DNA of 48,090 nt from Nanoarchaeum sp. (GTDB taxonomy: Archaea > Nanobdellota > Nanobdellia > SCGC-AAA011-G17 > PNOQ01): positions 1 through 48,090 of the forward strand of contig PNOQ01000053.1 in NCBI GenBank assembly GCA_013824915.1, written 5' to 3'. Below the pieces are notes generated by a model. It was given only the letters and a program-made list of their open reading frames with translations. It searched no databases and was not told the DNA's origin. The translations under genes and the position numbers were made by a program. Shown here in pieces: positions 36,457-46,778 of the stretch. How positions within the stretch are numbered: the first letter of the stretch is position 1; each line of letters opens with the position of its first letter.

Positions 36457-37451
36457 AACCATTTATCTAAGTTCTTTTGTTTTTTAGGTTGCAATCTTTC
36501 TATTAATTTGTTTATTCTTTCTTGCGCGAAATCGTGTTTTTCTAAGATTTTAGTTATTTTATCATAATCGGGTTCTGTCCATTTTAATCTGTAATTTTTT
36601 ATTATTGGCATGTTTTTGAAAGTAGCATAAACCTTTTTCCAGTTGAATTCTGCTTGAACATTAGCAAAGATAGTGTCAAAGTCTTTGTATTGTTGTACAA
36701 GCTTTAATGCGGTTTTAGGACCTATCCTATGAACACCACCTGGATTGTAATCTGTGCCGACTAAAATTGATAAGGCTAACAATTGATCTTGATTTATGTT
36801 TAGACTTGAAAGAACTTCTTTTAGTTCTATAACTTCAGGATTGACTTTGATATAAGTTCCTTTTACTTTTCTTCTTTGTGAAACTGTTAAGTTTCTTATT
36901 AATCTTGGGGCAGAATATAATAATGAATCCGTATCTTGTGAAACTATGGCATAAACATCGCCTTGTTCGGCTAAGAAAGCTGCTTGGGCTTCTGCTTCTG
37001 AATGTGCTTGTATAATTGGTAGGCCTAAAGCCTTGATAAATTCTTTAGATTCTTCTTTTATGTCTCTAGTTATTCTAATTGTTTGTTTACTGTACTTAGA
37101 CATAGAATCAACATCTTTTTCTTCTTTTGCCTTTTGGTATTTTATTTCTGCAATTTCTTTTCTTTCTTCTCTTATTCTAGATTCTCCATATTTCATTTCT
37201 GGAGGTTGACCATCAAAAACAAAGCATAATTTAATATTTTGTTCCATTAGATTTGGTATTCTTGTGGATAAACCCATTAAATGAGAAGTTATATTTCCTT
37301 CATTATCCATCAAAGGAGTGCCATCTTGTTGTCTAATTGAAGCTAGAAATTGGTATAGAACGTTAGATGAATCTACTGCTAATTTTTTTCCGTATAATTC
37401 TTGTAAGGTTATTTCCTTTCTTGGTAATAGTTCGGTTATTGCAACTCCCAT
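36453..37451 (-). CDS. fen: Flap endonuclease 1
   Basis: MGV, YQFLASIRQ.DG, VFDG, EAEAQAA, SQD.DSLL, GTDYN, PIP box QKNLDKWF. Confidence 0.97.
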   Translation of the reverse strand: MGVAITELLPRKEITLQELYGKKLAVDSSNVLYQFLASIRQQDGTPLMDNEGNITSHLMGLSTRIPNLMEQNIKLCFVFDGQPPEMKYGESRIREERKEIAEIKYQKAKEEKDVDSMSKYSKQTIRITRDIKEESKEFIKALGLPIIQAHSEAEAQAAFLAEQGDVYAIVSQDTDSLLYSAPRLIRNLTVSQRRKVKGTYIKVNPEVIELKEVLSSLNINQDQLLALSILVGTDYNPGGVHRIGPKTALKLVQQYKDFDTIFANVQAEFNWKKVYATFKNMPIIKNYRLKWTEPDYDKITKILEKHDFAQERINKLIERLQPKKQKNLDKWF

Positions 37452-37491
37452 TGTTAAAAGAAGTATGATTGATTTTTATAAAAGTTTTGAA

Positions 37492-38430
37492 TTACTCAAA
37501 AACGCACAAAGGGGGCCCAATAGAAATAAATTCTTTTTGAAATAGTGATACTTCTATAATCTTATTTTCTGGGAAAGATTGTTCTATTTCTTGTAATATA
37601 GGTCTGAGTAAATAGGGATTATTAATCGCCACACCAAATTCTAAAAAAGGATCGCCGATATATTCTGCAATGAACGAAATATTTTGATGTAGGGTTAAAT
37701 ATTGTATAAGTTTTTTTCTTTCCAAAGTATTGTTGTTTTCTATAAAAATACTATATTGTAATAAATTTATTTTCGATATATCAATAAATAACGAATATTT
37801 TTCTATTATGTTGGATTTTTCTAGATTTTTTATCCTTTGGGCAATTGATTGAGGAGTTAGACCTATAAGTTTAGATAGGGTTACAGAGTCTAGTCTAGAG
37901 TTATTCATTAGATTTTTTAATATTGCTTTGTCTTTGTTATCTAATTTAACTTCTTTGTTAATTCTCTTTATAGATTTGGGATTTTGTGTTCTAAAATATT
38001 TTTCATAAAAGAAATTTGATTTCTTATGCAGTACAAATCTATGATCTATTATATCTTCTTTAAATATATTGTAAAACTCTAAAAATCTTTCATCTATTTC
38101 ATTATTATTTTTTCCGTATATAGATAATCCAAAGTTCCAAACCCCAGATAATTCTGACATCCAAGAAACAAATTTACATTTGTCCAAATAATCCTTAAAC
38201 TCTTTAATTCTTCTTTCTCTTATCTTGATAAAAACAGCTGCCCCAGTAAATCCTAAGTTTTCTATATTAATTTCGGTAACAAAGTTTAGAATTATTTTGT
38301 CTTTTATTAATTGAGATATTCTATAATTTATTACTTCCCTGGATCTTTTTAATTTTTTTGCTAGTTGAGTTATAGGAATTCTAGAGTTTTGCATAAGTTC
38401 AAGTAATATCTTTTGGTCTAGACTGTCCAT
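37492..38430 (-). CDS. Tandem (double) Lrp/AsnC-family regulator
   Basis: Two HTH units: LDQKILLELMQNSR and LDNKDKAILKNLMNNSR. Confidence 0.9.
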   Translation of the reverse strand: MDSLDQKILLELMQNSRIPITQLAKKLKRSREVINYRISQLIKDKIILNFVTEINIENLGFTGAAVFIKIRERRIKEFKDYLDKCKFVSWMSELSGVWNFGLSIYGKNNNEIDERFLEFYNIFKEDIIDHRFVLHKKSNFFYEKYFRTQNPKSIKRINKEVKLDNKDKAILKNLMNNSRLDSVTLSKLIGLTPQSIAQRIKNLEKSNIIEKYSLFIDISKINLLQYSIFIENNNTLERKKLIQYLTLHQNISFIAEYIGDPFLEFGVAINNPYLLRPILQEIEQSFPENKIIEVSLFQKEFISIGPPLCVFE

Positions 38431-38530
38431 TTTACATAAATTATAAGTTTGTGTTTAAAAACCTTCTTATTGTAAAAATTTTAGTAGTTAATTTTATATT
38501 TGTTTAAGTTATAACTATATGGTAATAAAT

Positions 38531-38557
38531 AAGTCATTATCGCAGACTTAAAAGCGA
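38531..38557 (+). ncRNA. Putative 5'-leader H-type pseudoknot, copy 2
   Basis: AAGTC-ATTA-TCGC-A-GACTT-AAAA-GCGA, directly followed by AAGGAG SD. Confidence 0.65.
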
Positions 38558-38569
38558 AAGGAGAGTAAT

Positions 38570-38932
38570 ATGAACATTAAAAATGGAATAATATATTCAG
38601 TAATTGGTTTAGCATTAATAGTTGGTGGTAGAGAAGTTTATTCAACAACAACAGAAACTTTGCACAAACCTGAGTTAAGATATGCAGAGTATTGTGTATT
38701 AAGAGATAATGTTGAGCAAATTGAGATGAATTTAAAAAAAGATTTACGGAAAGGAAACTCGATTGATTGCGAAGACATAGTAAAATTAAAGGAATCAAAA
38801 AAGCAAATAGAAAGTATAGATACAGATAGAATCAATGATTGTGAACGGAACATTGGTTTGACTAGTATAATGATTGGCCTAGGTATAGGTTCTTTGGGAG
38901 TAAGCGGAGGATATATGTTAAAAAGAAAATAA
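38570..38932 (+). CDS. Hypothetical membrane protein (TM - coiled coil - TM)
   Basis: 120-aa ORF with SD; hydrophobic termini. Confidence 0.7.
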   Translation: MNIKNGIIYSVIGLALIVGGREVYSTTTETLHKPELRYAEYCVLRDNVEQIEMNLKKDLRKGNSIDCEDIVKLKESKKQIESIDTDRINDCERNIGLTSIMIGLGIGSLGVSGGYMLKRK

Positions 38933-38934
38933 AT

Positions 38935-41250
38935 TTATTTTTTAAAATTAAATAATGATGTTTGTTTTGTTCCTTCAATCAAATCATCAAAAGTTGTATC
39001 AAAAAATAGTAATATTGAGTCCGCAATTGGCTTAATTTGTTTATCAATATAATGATCGTAGTCTATTTTATGTTTTAATGCTTGTATTGGTTCTGGGCCA
39101 TCAGTTGTAATATAGTATTCTATTATGTCTGAATCTAGTTTAGCTAGTTTACGAGCGGCCTTGATATGGGGGGGGGTGGTTCTTACATACTCTTCCAGAC
39201 CTTTTCTTATTGATTTTCTGTAGATTAAATCTTCATCATGCTTTCCGGATTTTAAGTCTTCAACAAATTTTTTAACAAAAACTGTAACTTCTTTTTTATG
39301 GAATACTCTGTCCAATAATTCTTCTTGAAATTTCTTGGCTGCATTTGTCCAATCACTACGAATAAATTCTAAACCCACAAATTGTAATTCTTCTTTACCA
39401 TCTTTAATTATTATTCCAGCATATCTTTTTTTAGCCCCAGAATCACTGCCACGTAATTTTGGCATTAAAAATCTAGTATAACATTTTTCGTATTGTAATT
39501 CTAAATGACTTTCTCTATTATACTCTTTCTTTATTGTTTTTTTATAAAATTCATTAATTTCTTTTTCTAAGTGTTTAGCTATTTTTTCTGCTTCTTCTGA
39601 AGTTTTTGAATTAGTTACAACAAACAATGAATCTGTGTCCGAATAAATTACTTTATAATTCATCTCTTCTACTAAACTCGCAGTTTGTTTAATCAAATAC
39701 TGACCAAAGTGAGTAATTGCATTAGCCATTTTTAAATTATAAAATCTACATGAAGGATTAGCTAATACTCCAAAAAAAGAATTCATTAATATTTTTATAG
39801 CATATCTTGATAGTTCATTTTTTTCTTTTCTTGATTTTTCTCTTGCTTGCCATAATTCGTCAATAATTTCTGGTAAAATTCCATCCTCATGACTAAAATA
39901 AGCTTTATTTGGAGACTCAATAGAATTCTTTGTTTTGGTTTCTGAAAAAGCTGTTGGATCAATATTGAAAGTTCTTATTATTGAAGGATATAGTGATTTA
40001 AAGTCTAAAACTATAATATTATCATAAATTCCAGGTAATGATTCTTTTACAAAACCGCCTTTGATTCTTGATTCACGATCTTCAGAAAAGGAAGTTGGAC
40101 AAACTAGATTACGTGAACGTGCTCTTTGTAAGTATAAATAATCTAGAGAGGCTATTGATGAATTAACTCGATCTAAAGTCATACCAGTTAGTAATGAACG
40201 TTGTATTGCTAAGTTGATTAAATCGGCTTCCATTACAATTCTGTATGCTAATTCTGAATCTAGTAAATTATATTCCACTAACTTTTTTTGGTCTTCTTTG
40301 TATAATCTATCTATTTCTTCGTATTTTTCATGGCCTATTGATTCAATTAATTTTCCTTTTCCTAATAATTTTTTTGCCGCTGTGTCTAACTTGTAATTTT
40401 GCAACTTTATGAAAGAAGATTTTATTAAATCAATACCATCTAGAACAACCCTTCCAGAAATATCTGCTTTACTTGTTCTAAAAAAGTCAGATTCTATTCT
40501 TAGTTTTGAAATTGAATTATCTCTACCTAACACAAAAGGTATTCTATACTTACTAAATTTCTCTTTTAAAAATTGAAAATCAAAATCAATAACATTCCAA
40601 CCCGTTATTATGTCTGGGTCGAAGTCTAAAACTTCTTTTTGAAATTCTTCTAATAATTCTTTTTCGGTTTTGCAGGAAGTAACGTTTTGTAATTTTTTGT
40701 TTGATAACAATAAAGATTTTTTGTAATTATGACTATATAATGAAATACAGTATACTTTTTTTCCTTTTCTATCAGATTCTATATCGAAAGATAAAACTTT
40801 TAGATTTTTTGGAACATAATCTACACGTTTTAATTCAGGTTCTTTGTAAAATCTATCTATTCCTTCTTTTTTTAGTTCGTAATCTCCTTCTATATCTATT
40901 GAGCCTTGTATCTTATTATCTATTAAAAATCTAGTAGGGAATCTTATATCAGATTCATATGTTTTTATTTTTGCGTTTTCTAAATCTGAACGTAATTCAG
41001 GAAGTTCTTTTGGAGAATCTAACATTATTTTAGACATAGGTTCTTTTTCAAAATTAGTTAATTTTGTCTTTTCTGATTCAAATTTACCTATTTTCTTTGC
41101 TTTTTCTAAGTTTTTTGTTTCTATGAAAAAATAAGGTTTGTATTCGTTTATAGTTAAAAAAGAATGGTTATTTTCTAGTCTCCCATATAGCAAAACGTAT
41201 GATTTTTTATCAATTACTCTGTAGGTTGAACTAATAATGAATCCTTTCAT
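38935..41250 (-). CDS. polB: Family B DNA polymerase
   Basis: Exo motifs SFDIE, GWNVIDFD, YNLLD; polymerase motifs DFKSLYPSII, KILMNSFFG, YSDTDS, KKRY. Confidence 0.96.
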   Translation of the reverse strand: MKGFIISSTYRVIDKKSYVLLYGRLENNHSFLTINEYKPYFFIETKNLEKAKKIGKFESEKTKLTNFEKEPMSKIMLDSPKELPELRSDLENAKIKTYESDIRFPTRFLIDNKIQGSIDIEGDYELKKEGIDRFYKEPELKRVDYVPKNLKVLSFDIESDRKGKKVYCISLYSHNYKKSLLLSNKKLQNVTSCKTEKELLEEFQKEVLDFDPDIITGWNVIDFDFQFLKEKFSKYRIPFVLGRDNSISKLRIESDFFRTSKADISGRVVLDGIDLIKSSFIKLQNYKLDTAAKKLLGKGKLIESIGHEKYEEIDRLYKEDQKKLVEYNLLDSELAYRIVMEADLINLAIQRSLLTGMTLDRVNSSIASLDYLYLQRARSRNLVCPTSFSEDRESRIKGGFVKESLPGIYDNIIVLDFKSLYPSIIRTFNIDPTAFSETKTKNSIESPNKAYFSHEDGILPEIIDELWQAREKSRKEKNELSRYAIKILMNSFFGVLANPSCRFYNLKMANAITHFGQYLIKQTASLVEEMNYKVIYSDTDSLFVVTNSKTSEEAEKIAKHLEKEINEFYKKTIKKEYNRESHLELQYEKCYTRFLMPKLRGSDSGAKKRYAGIIIKDGKEELQFVGLEFIRSDWTNAAKKFQEELLDRVFHKKEVTVFVKKFVEDLKSGKHDEDLIYRKSIRKGLEEYVRTTPPHIKAARKLAKLDSDIIEYYITTDGPEPIQALKHKIDYDHYIDKQIKPIADSILLFFDTTFDDLIEGTKQTSLFNFKK

Positions 41251-41300
41251 AGATATTATAGAATAATTAAACTTTTAAAGGTTTATGATTCCTTGGCGAG

Positions 41301-41942
41301 ATGATAAAAGTAATATCCTTTGATATGGATGGAACTCTATTGGATGGAGTTATAGACGATTATTTTTGGTTTGAAGAGATTCCAAAGTTATATTCAGAAA
41401 GGCATAAAGTGAGTATTTTAAAGGCTAAACAAATAACAAGAAAAGCTTATGATGATTTGGGACAGGATAATCTACTTTGGTATGATCCACAATATTGGTT
41501 TGATAAGTTTGAAATAACTGCTAAGCCAGTTGAGATATTAAAAGATTTAAAACACCATATTTTTGTGTATCCTGAAGTTATAAATATGTTAAAAGAGTTA
41601 AAAAAGGATTATAAATTGGTTATATTGACTAGATCTACTAAAGATTTTGTTGAAGTAAAAACTGAAGCAGAAGGTCTAAAAAATTATTTTGATCATATTT
41701 TTTCTGCAATATCTGATTTTAAAGAAATAGACAAACATCATGGAATTTATCAAATGATGTTAGATATCTTAAAGGTTAAACCTAATGAAATAATACATAT
41801 AGGAAATGAATTAAAAAATGATTATGAAACTCCTATGTCTTTAGGAATCAAATCGTTTATAGTAAATAGGAATGGAAAGATAAGAGGACAGTTCGTAGTA
41901 AAGAATTTTAATGAATTTTTAGAGAGAGTTAAGCTTTTATAG
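41301..41942 (+). CDS. HAD-superfamily hydrolase
   Basis: FDMDGTL motif I, HIGN..ND motif IV. Confidence 0.9.
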   Translation: MIKVISFDMDGTLLDGVIDDYFWFEEIPKLYSERHKVSILKAKQITRKAYDDLGQDNLLWYDPQYWFDKFEITAKPVEILKDLKHHIFVYPEVINMLKELKKDYKLVILTRSTKDFVEVKTEAEGLKNYFDHIFSAISDFKEIDKHHGIYQMMLDILKVKPNEIIHIGNELKNDYETPMSLGIKSFIVNRNGKIRGQFVVKNFNEFLERVKLL

Positions 41943-41963
41943 TTATTTTAATCTTTAATTTTT

Positions 41964-42827
41964 ATGGATGATTGGATCAAAGCGGGGGAAATTGCTTCGC
42001 AGGCAAGAGAATATGGAAAAAAACTTATAAGAGTTGGAGAATCTCATTTAGAAGTTACTAAGAAAATTGAAGCTAAAGTTTTTGAATTAGGTGGAAAATT
42101 AGCGTTTCCAACTCAAATTTCTGTGAATAATATAGCTGCGCATTATAATCCTATAGTCGACAAAGATTTCAAATTTAAAGAAGGGGATGTTGCTAAATTA
42201 GATATCGGGACACATGTTAATGGCGCAATTGGTGATACTGCAGTAACTGTTGATCTTGGAGATAATGAAAAATTACTGAAAGCAAGTAGAAATGCTTTAA
42301 ATGCAGCTATTGAGATAACTAAACCAGGAGTTAAACTAAGAGAAATTGGAAGAGTTATTCATGAAGAAATTACTTCTTTAGGTTTTAGCCCAATAAGAAA
42401 TCTTGGCGGGCATGGTTTAGATAGGTGGCAGATACATAGTGAACCTAGTATTCCTAATTTTGATAATGGTGATGAAAATAAGTTAAAAGAAGGCCAAATA
42501 ATTGCTATTGAACCGTTTGCTAGTAGTGGTGCAGGTTTAGTTTATGATGGAAAACCTTCTGAAATATATCAAGTTTTAATAAATAAGAATGTAAGAGATA
42601 TGAACGCAAGAAAAATTTTAAAATATGCTTATGAAAAACATAAAACATTACCCTTTGCAAGAAGAGACTTGCCGTTCAATAAATTACAACTAAGTGTAGG
42701 TATAAATGCTTTGAAAAGAGAAGGAATATTACATGAATACGCTACTCTTCCTGAAAAGAAAGATAATTGCTTAGTAAGTCAGCATGAACATACATTAATA
42801 ATTGGAAAAACTGTAACTACAAAATGA
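41964..42827 (+). CDS. map: Methionine aminopeptidase type II
   Basis: AAHY, KLDIG.HV.G.IGD.A, NLGGH, IAIEPF, QHEHT. Confidence 0.96.
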   Translation: MDDWIKAGEIASQAREYGKKLIRVGESHLEVTKKIEAKVFELGGKLAFPTQISVNNIAAHYNPIVDKDFKFKEGDVAKLDIGTHVNGAIGDTAVTVDLGDNEKLLKASRNALNAAIEITKPGVKLREIGRVIHEEITSLGFSPIRNLGGHGLDRWQIHSEPSIPNFDNGDENKLKEGQIIAIEPFASSGAGLVYDGKPSEIYQVLINKNVRDMNARKILKYAYEKHKTLPFARRDLPFNKLQLSVGINALKREGILHEYATLPEKKDNCLVSQHEHTLIIGKTVTTK

Positions 42828-43735
42828 GATTTAAATCTAAAGTTTTTTTAGCACCAATGGCTGAAGTTAATGATCCTGCTTTTAGAATATTATGCAGAAA
42901 ATATGGTGCAGGACTAACTTGGACTGAAATGATTTCTTCTAGTGCTCTAGCTAGGAATGATAAAAATAAATTATTTAATGTTCAAACAATTGAAAAACCA
43001 ATTGCTGTACAATTAATGGGGCATAATTTAGAAGATATTAGTAAGGCAGTAAAAATTATTTCTAAAAAAGCAGATATTGTAGATTTTAATATGGGTTGCC
43101 CAATGAATAAGATTGTCAACGCTGGTTGTGGCGCTGCCTTGCTTAAAGATCCTGAAAAAGTAAAACAAATTGTTGAAACATTAGTTAGTTCTACAAATAA
43201 ACCAGTTTCAGTTAAAATCAGAAGTGGATGGGATAATAGATCAATTAATGTTTTACAGATTGCAAAAATAATTGAAGATAATGGGGCTAGTATGATAACT
43301 GTGCATCCAAAGACCAGAGTTCAATTAAAAAGTGGGGAACCAGATTGGAGCTTAATAAAAAAAGTTAAACAAAAATTAAGTATTCCCGTTATAGGGAATG
43401 GCGGAATAAATAAACCAGAAGATGCTGAAAAAATGTTCAAAGAAACTGGTTGCGATTATGTTATGATAGCAAGAGCTGCTTCAAAAAATCCTTATATATT
43501 TACTCAAGTTAATGAATATTTAAAAAATGGAAATTATAAAAAAGAGGATGCTGAAAAAATGTTTTTAGATTATTTAAAATTAGCAAAAAAATACAAATCT
43601 AATCTTAATTATATTAAACTACATGCAATTTATTTTACAAGAGGATTAAAAAATAGTAATACGTTAAGAACTGAATTGTCTAGAGTAAAAAGTTTAGAAG
43701 AAATAGAAAATAAATTAAGCGGCTTCTTCAAGTAA
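42824..43735 (+). CDS. dus: tRNA-dihydrouridine synthase (DusB-like)
   Basis: LAPMA, NMGCP, G.GAALL, SVKIR.GW, VIGNG, VMIAR. Confidence 0.93.
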   Translation: MRFKSKVFLAPMAEVNDPAFRILCRKYGAGLTWTEMISSSALARNDKNKLFNVQTIEKPIAVQLMGHNLEDISKAVKIISKKADIVDFNMGCPMNKIVNAGCGAALLKDPEKVKQIVETLVSSTNKPVSVKIRSGWDNRSINVLQIAKIIEDNGASMITVHPKTRVQLKSGEPDWSLIKKVKQKLSIPVIGNGGINKPEDAEKMFKETGCDYVMIARAASKNPYIFTQVNEYLKNGNYKKEDAEKMFLDYLKLAKKYKSNLNYIKLHAIYFTRGLKNSNTLRTELSRVKSLEEIENKLSGFFK

Positions 43736-43957
43736 ATCTACACCGGTCACTATACCCCAAATCCATGCACCAATTATCATCGGTATACCTATTAAGATTA
43801 ATATTAATGGTATTCCTAATAAGAATAATATTAATTGCCAAGTTCCTTCTTTCTTTCTCTTACCAATTAAACTACCTAGGCCAGGTAAAAGAATTATATT
43901 TAAAATTAAACATAAAATTGCTCTTGATTCAGAAATTTTCTTTCTTTTCTTTGCCAT
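43715..43957 (-). CDS. Small membrane protein (TM2-like)
   Basis: LNI.LLPGLGSL...G..QL...WIWGI. Confidence 0.75.
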   Translation of the reverse strand: MAKKRKKISESRAILCLILNIILLPGLGSLIGKRKKEGTWQLILFLLGIPLILILIGIPMIIGAWIWGIVTGVDLLEEAA

Positions 43958-43989
43958 ATTTAAGAAAATGGAAAAAGGAGTTTATAAAA

Positions 43990-46299
43990 TTAACCCATGT
44001 AAGCATGGGTTTCTCTTATAGCTGCTCCTCTTGCAGTTCTTAAGAACTGTTCCTCAATCTTCTTGTACTTTTCAATGTCTTGCTCTGTTACGGAGGCTTT
44101 GACTTTCTTTAGCGCTTCATTGAAGTATTTATTTGATATTTCTTTTATGTTAATATCTTGTCTCAATGCTAACATTGCGGCTTCTTTAACTAAAGCTGAA
44201 ATATCTGAACCCGTAAAGAATGGTGTTTTTTCCGCTAATAGTTTTATATTAACGTCTTTACCCAAAGGCATATTTTTAGTATGTACTCCAAGTATTTTTT
44301 CTCTTGATTCTTTATCAGGTATTGGTGCCATTATAATTCTGTCAAATCTGCCAGGCCTTAGTAATGCGGGATCAATTAAATCAGGTCTGTTAGTTGCTGC
44401 GATTATAACTACATCATTTAATTCTTCTAAACCATCCATTTCGGTCAATAATTGATTTACCATTCTTTCAGTTGACCTTGACCCATTATCAAACCCACGT
44501 GTTGTAGCAATAGCATCAATTTCATCAAAGAAAATTATTGTTGGGGCAGCTTGTCTTGCCTTTTCAAATATTTTTCTTATACCTTTTTCAGATTCACCTA
44601 CCCACATAGATACTAGTTCTGGGCCACGGATTGAAATGAAATTAGCTTCTGCTTCGCTCGCTACAGCTTTAGCTAATAATGTTTTTCCTGTACCCGGTGG
44701 ACCGTATAATAAAACTCCTTTCGGTGCTTTAATTCCTAATCTTTTGAATGCATCGGCGTGCTTAATTGGCCATTCAATAACTTCTTTTAATTCTTGTTTT
44801 ACACTTATCAAACCACCAATATCTTCCCAGCTTACATTTGGTTTTTCAACTAAAACTTCTCTCATTGCTGAAGGTCTTACTAATCTTAATGCTTCTTTGA
44901 AATCTTTTTCTGCAATTTTTAGTTTTGTTAAAAACTCTTTTGGAATTATTTCTTTATCTTTAAGATTTAGTTCAGGTAAATTTCTTCTTAATACACTCAT
45001 AGCCGCTTCTTTACATAAGGCAGATAAATCCGCACCTACAAAACCGTGAGTTATTCTTGCAATTTCTTCTAAATTAACTTCCTTTAACAAAGGCATATTT
45101 CTTGTATGTATTTTTAATATTTCTAATCTACCTTTTTGATCTGGAACACCGAATACAATTTCTCTATCAAATCTTCCCGGTCTTCTTAATGCTTCATCTA
45201 AAGAGTTTGGCCTGTTAGTTGCACCGATAACAACAACGTTTGCACGTTTGTTTAAACCGTCCATCATTGTTAATAGTTGAGCTACAACTCTTCTTTCAAC
45301 TTCACCGTGTGTTTCTTCTCTTTTTGGTGCAATAGCATCAATTTCATCAATAAAAATAATTGATGGTGCTTTTTCAGCTGCTTCTTCGAATATTTGTCTT
45401 ATTCTCTTTTCAGATTCACCATAAAACTTATTCATAATCTCTGGTCCATTGATTAACATAAAATTGGCTTCGGCTTCATTTGCTACAGCTTTAGCTAATA
45501 ATGTTTTTCCTGTACCAGGAGAACCATGTAACAAAACTCCTGAAGGAGGTTCAATTCCTAATGCAGTAAATAATTCTGGATGTTTCATCGGTAGTTCTAC
45601 CATTTCTCTTATCTTTTTTATTTCTTCAGATAAACCACCAATATCTTCGTAAGTAACATCCGGTGCAATTCTTGTTTCTTCTGTTACTTCAACTGCTTTA
45701 GGATTTAATTTTAACTCTGTATTTTCTGTTATTATTACAGCGTTGTTTGGAGTAGAATCTACTACTATAAATTTAATAGATCCAATTTGGCCCATAAAAC
45801 CAGAGTTCATATCTTCCATTAATTCTCCAATATGTTGGAATATATCGAATGGACTTCCAGAATCTCTAAATGTTTTTGATCTTCGTGTAGTTCCGCCCAA
45901 AGGAATTATATCTCCTTTAACAACCACTCTTCCCAATAGATTCTTTTTTATTGCTTCTGAGTCTGCTTGTATTACTATTCCTTTTTGAGATGGAGCTATA
46001 ATAATTTTTTTTGCTTCTTTTACATCTATTTTTCTTACTTTTACTTGTTCGCCTATTCCAGTCTTGGCATTTCTTCTCATAATACCATCCATCCTAATAA
46101 CAGGTTCACCGACATCAGTAGGATATGCTCTATCTGCGATACCTACAGTTTTTCTGCTACCTTCGATTTCTACTATATCTCCGGGTCGAATTCCGATTTC
46201 TTTCATGTCTTGAGAATCAATTCTAATTATCCCTTTGTATGCTTCTTCTTGCATTGCTTCCATAACTCTAAGAGTTACTTCTTTACCGTTCTTTGCCAT
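43990..46299 (-). CDS. cdc48: CDC48/VCP (VAT) AAA+ ATPase
   Basis: N-domain, two AAA modules ([26 protein letters not shown]), C-terminal HbYX-like YMG; GGAGG SD before ATG 46299. Confidence 0.97.
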   Translation of the reverse strand: MAKNGKEVTLRVMEAMQEEAYKGIIRIDSQDMKEIGIRPGDIVEIEGSRKTVGIADRAYPTDVGEPVIRMDGIMRRNAKTGIGEQVKVRKIDVKEAKKIIIAPSQKGIVIQADSEAIKKNLLGRVVVKGDIIPLGGTTRRSKTFRDSGSPFDIFQHIGELMEDMNSGFMGQIGSIKFIVVDSTPNNAVIITENTELKLNPKAVEVTEETRIAPDVTYEDIGGLSEEIKKIREMVELPMKHPELFTALGIEPPSGVLLHGSPGTGKTLLAKAVANEAEANFMLINGPEIMNKFYGESEKRIRQIFEEAAEKAPSIIFIDEIDAIAPKREETHGEVERRVVAQLLTMMDGLNKRANVVVIGATNRPNSLDEALRRPGRFDREIVFGVPDQKGRLEILKIHTRNMPLLKEVNLEEIARITHGFVGADLSALCKEAAMSVLRRNLPELNLKDKEIIPKEFLTKLKIAEKDFKEALRLVRPSAMREVLVEKPNVSWEDIGGLISVKQELKEVIEWPIKHADAFKRLGIKAPKGVLLYGPPGTGKTLLAKAVASEAEANFISIRGPELVSMWVGESEKGIRKIFEKARQAAPTIIFFDEIDAIATTRGFDNGSRSTERMVNQLLTEMDGLEELNDVVIIAATNRPDLIDPALLRPGRFDRIIMAPIPDKESREKILGVHTKNMPLGKDVNIKLLAEKTPFFTGSDISALVKEAAMLALRQDINIKEISNKYFNEALKKVKASVTEQDIEKYKKIEEQFLRTARGAAIRETHAYMG

Positions 46300-46660
46300 T
46301 TTTTTCCTCCAAATCCTTTTTGAAATATAAACATATTTTACCAGGTTCATCTAAAGAAAGTCTCATTATTTGTTCGATCTCTTTTTCTAATTGAGTAAAT
46401 CTTTCTTCAAATTCTATAATCTCTCGCGGTATTGTAACTGAGAAACTATTTCCTACCATTCTAAGTTTGACTGAAAATATTCTTTGTTTTAATATCTTGA
46501 ATTCTTCATACTCTTTTATATCGCTGGGATGATACCATCTTTGAGTACATTTAGGGCATTCAAAATATCTAAGTCTAAATCCATCTTTTAAAATTGCAGC
46601 CTTATTTGTTTTTATGTTACATTTATTACATAAAACATTTGTGTCAAATATGTCTTTCAT
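46283..46660 (-). CDS. Zinc-ribbon plus AbrB/SpoVT-like DNA-binding protein
   Basis: CNKC...CPKC then VKLRMVGNSFSVTIPREII; overlaps cdc48 start; likely ATG at 46660. Confidence 0.75.
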   Translation of the reverse strand: MKDIFDTNVLCNKCNIKTNKAAILKDGFRLRYFECPKCTQRWYHPSDIKEYEEFKILKQRIFSVKLRMVGNSFSVTIPREIIEFEERFTQLEKEIEQIMRLSLDEPGKICLYFKKDLEEKNGKER

Positions 46661-46663
46661 TTT

Positions 46664-46699
46664 GGTGTATACAAGGTGTATACACAAGAAGTATATAAA
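46664..46699 (-). promoter_or_regulatory. Promoter with tandem TGTATACA palindromes
   Basis: TTTATATA 46699-46692; TGTATACA at 46666-46673 and 46677-46684. Confidence 0.65.
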
Positions 46700-46719
46700 T
46701 ATTTCGGTTGGGTTGGCTT

Positions 46720-46767
46720 TGCACAAAAAGTAAAATCTGCACAAAAAGTAAATGAATTGCACAAAAA
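46720..46767 (+). repeat. Three direct repeats TGCACAAAAA
   Basis: Copies start at 46720, 46738 and 46758; first two extend to TGCACAAAAAGTAAA. Confidence 0.8.
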
Positions 46768-46778
46768 CAGAGAGATTA

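Noticed and set aside
39168-39176. G9 tract in polB as a phase-variation site
   Set aside because: Encodes the conserved TPPH motif in frame; gene intact.
46720-46767. Mini CRISPR array
   Set aside because: Repeat is 10-15 bp with 18-20 bp period and no spacers; no cas genes.
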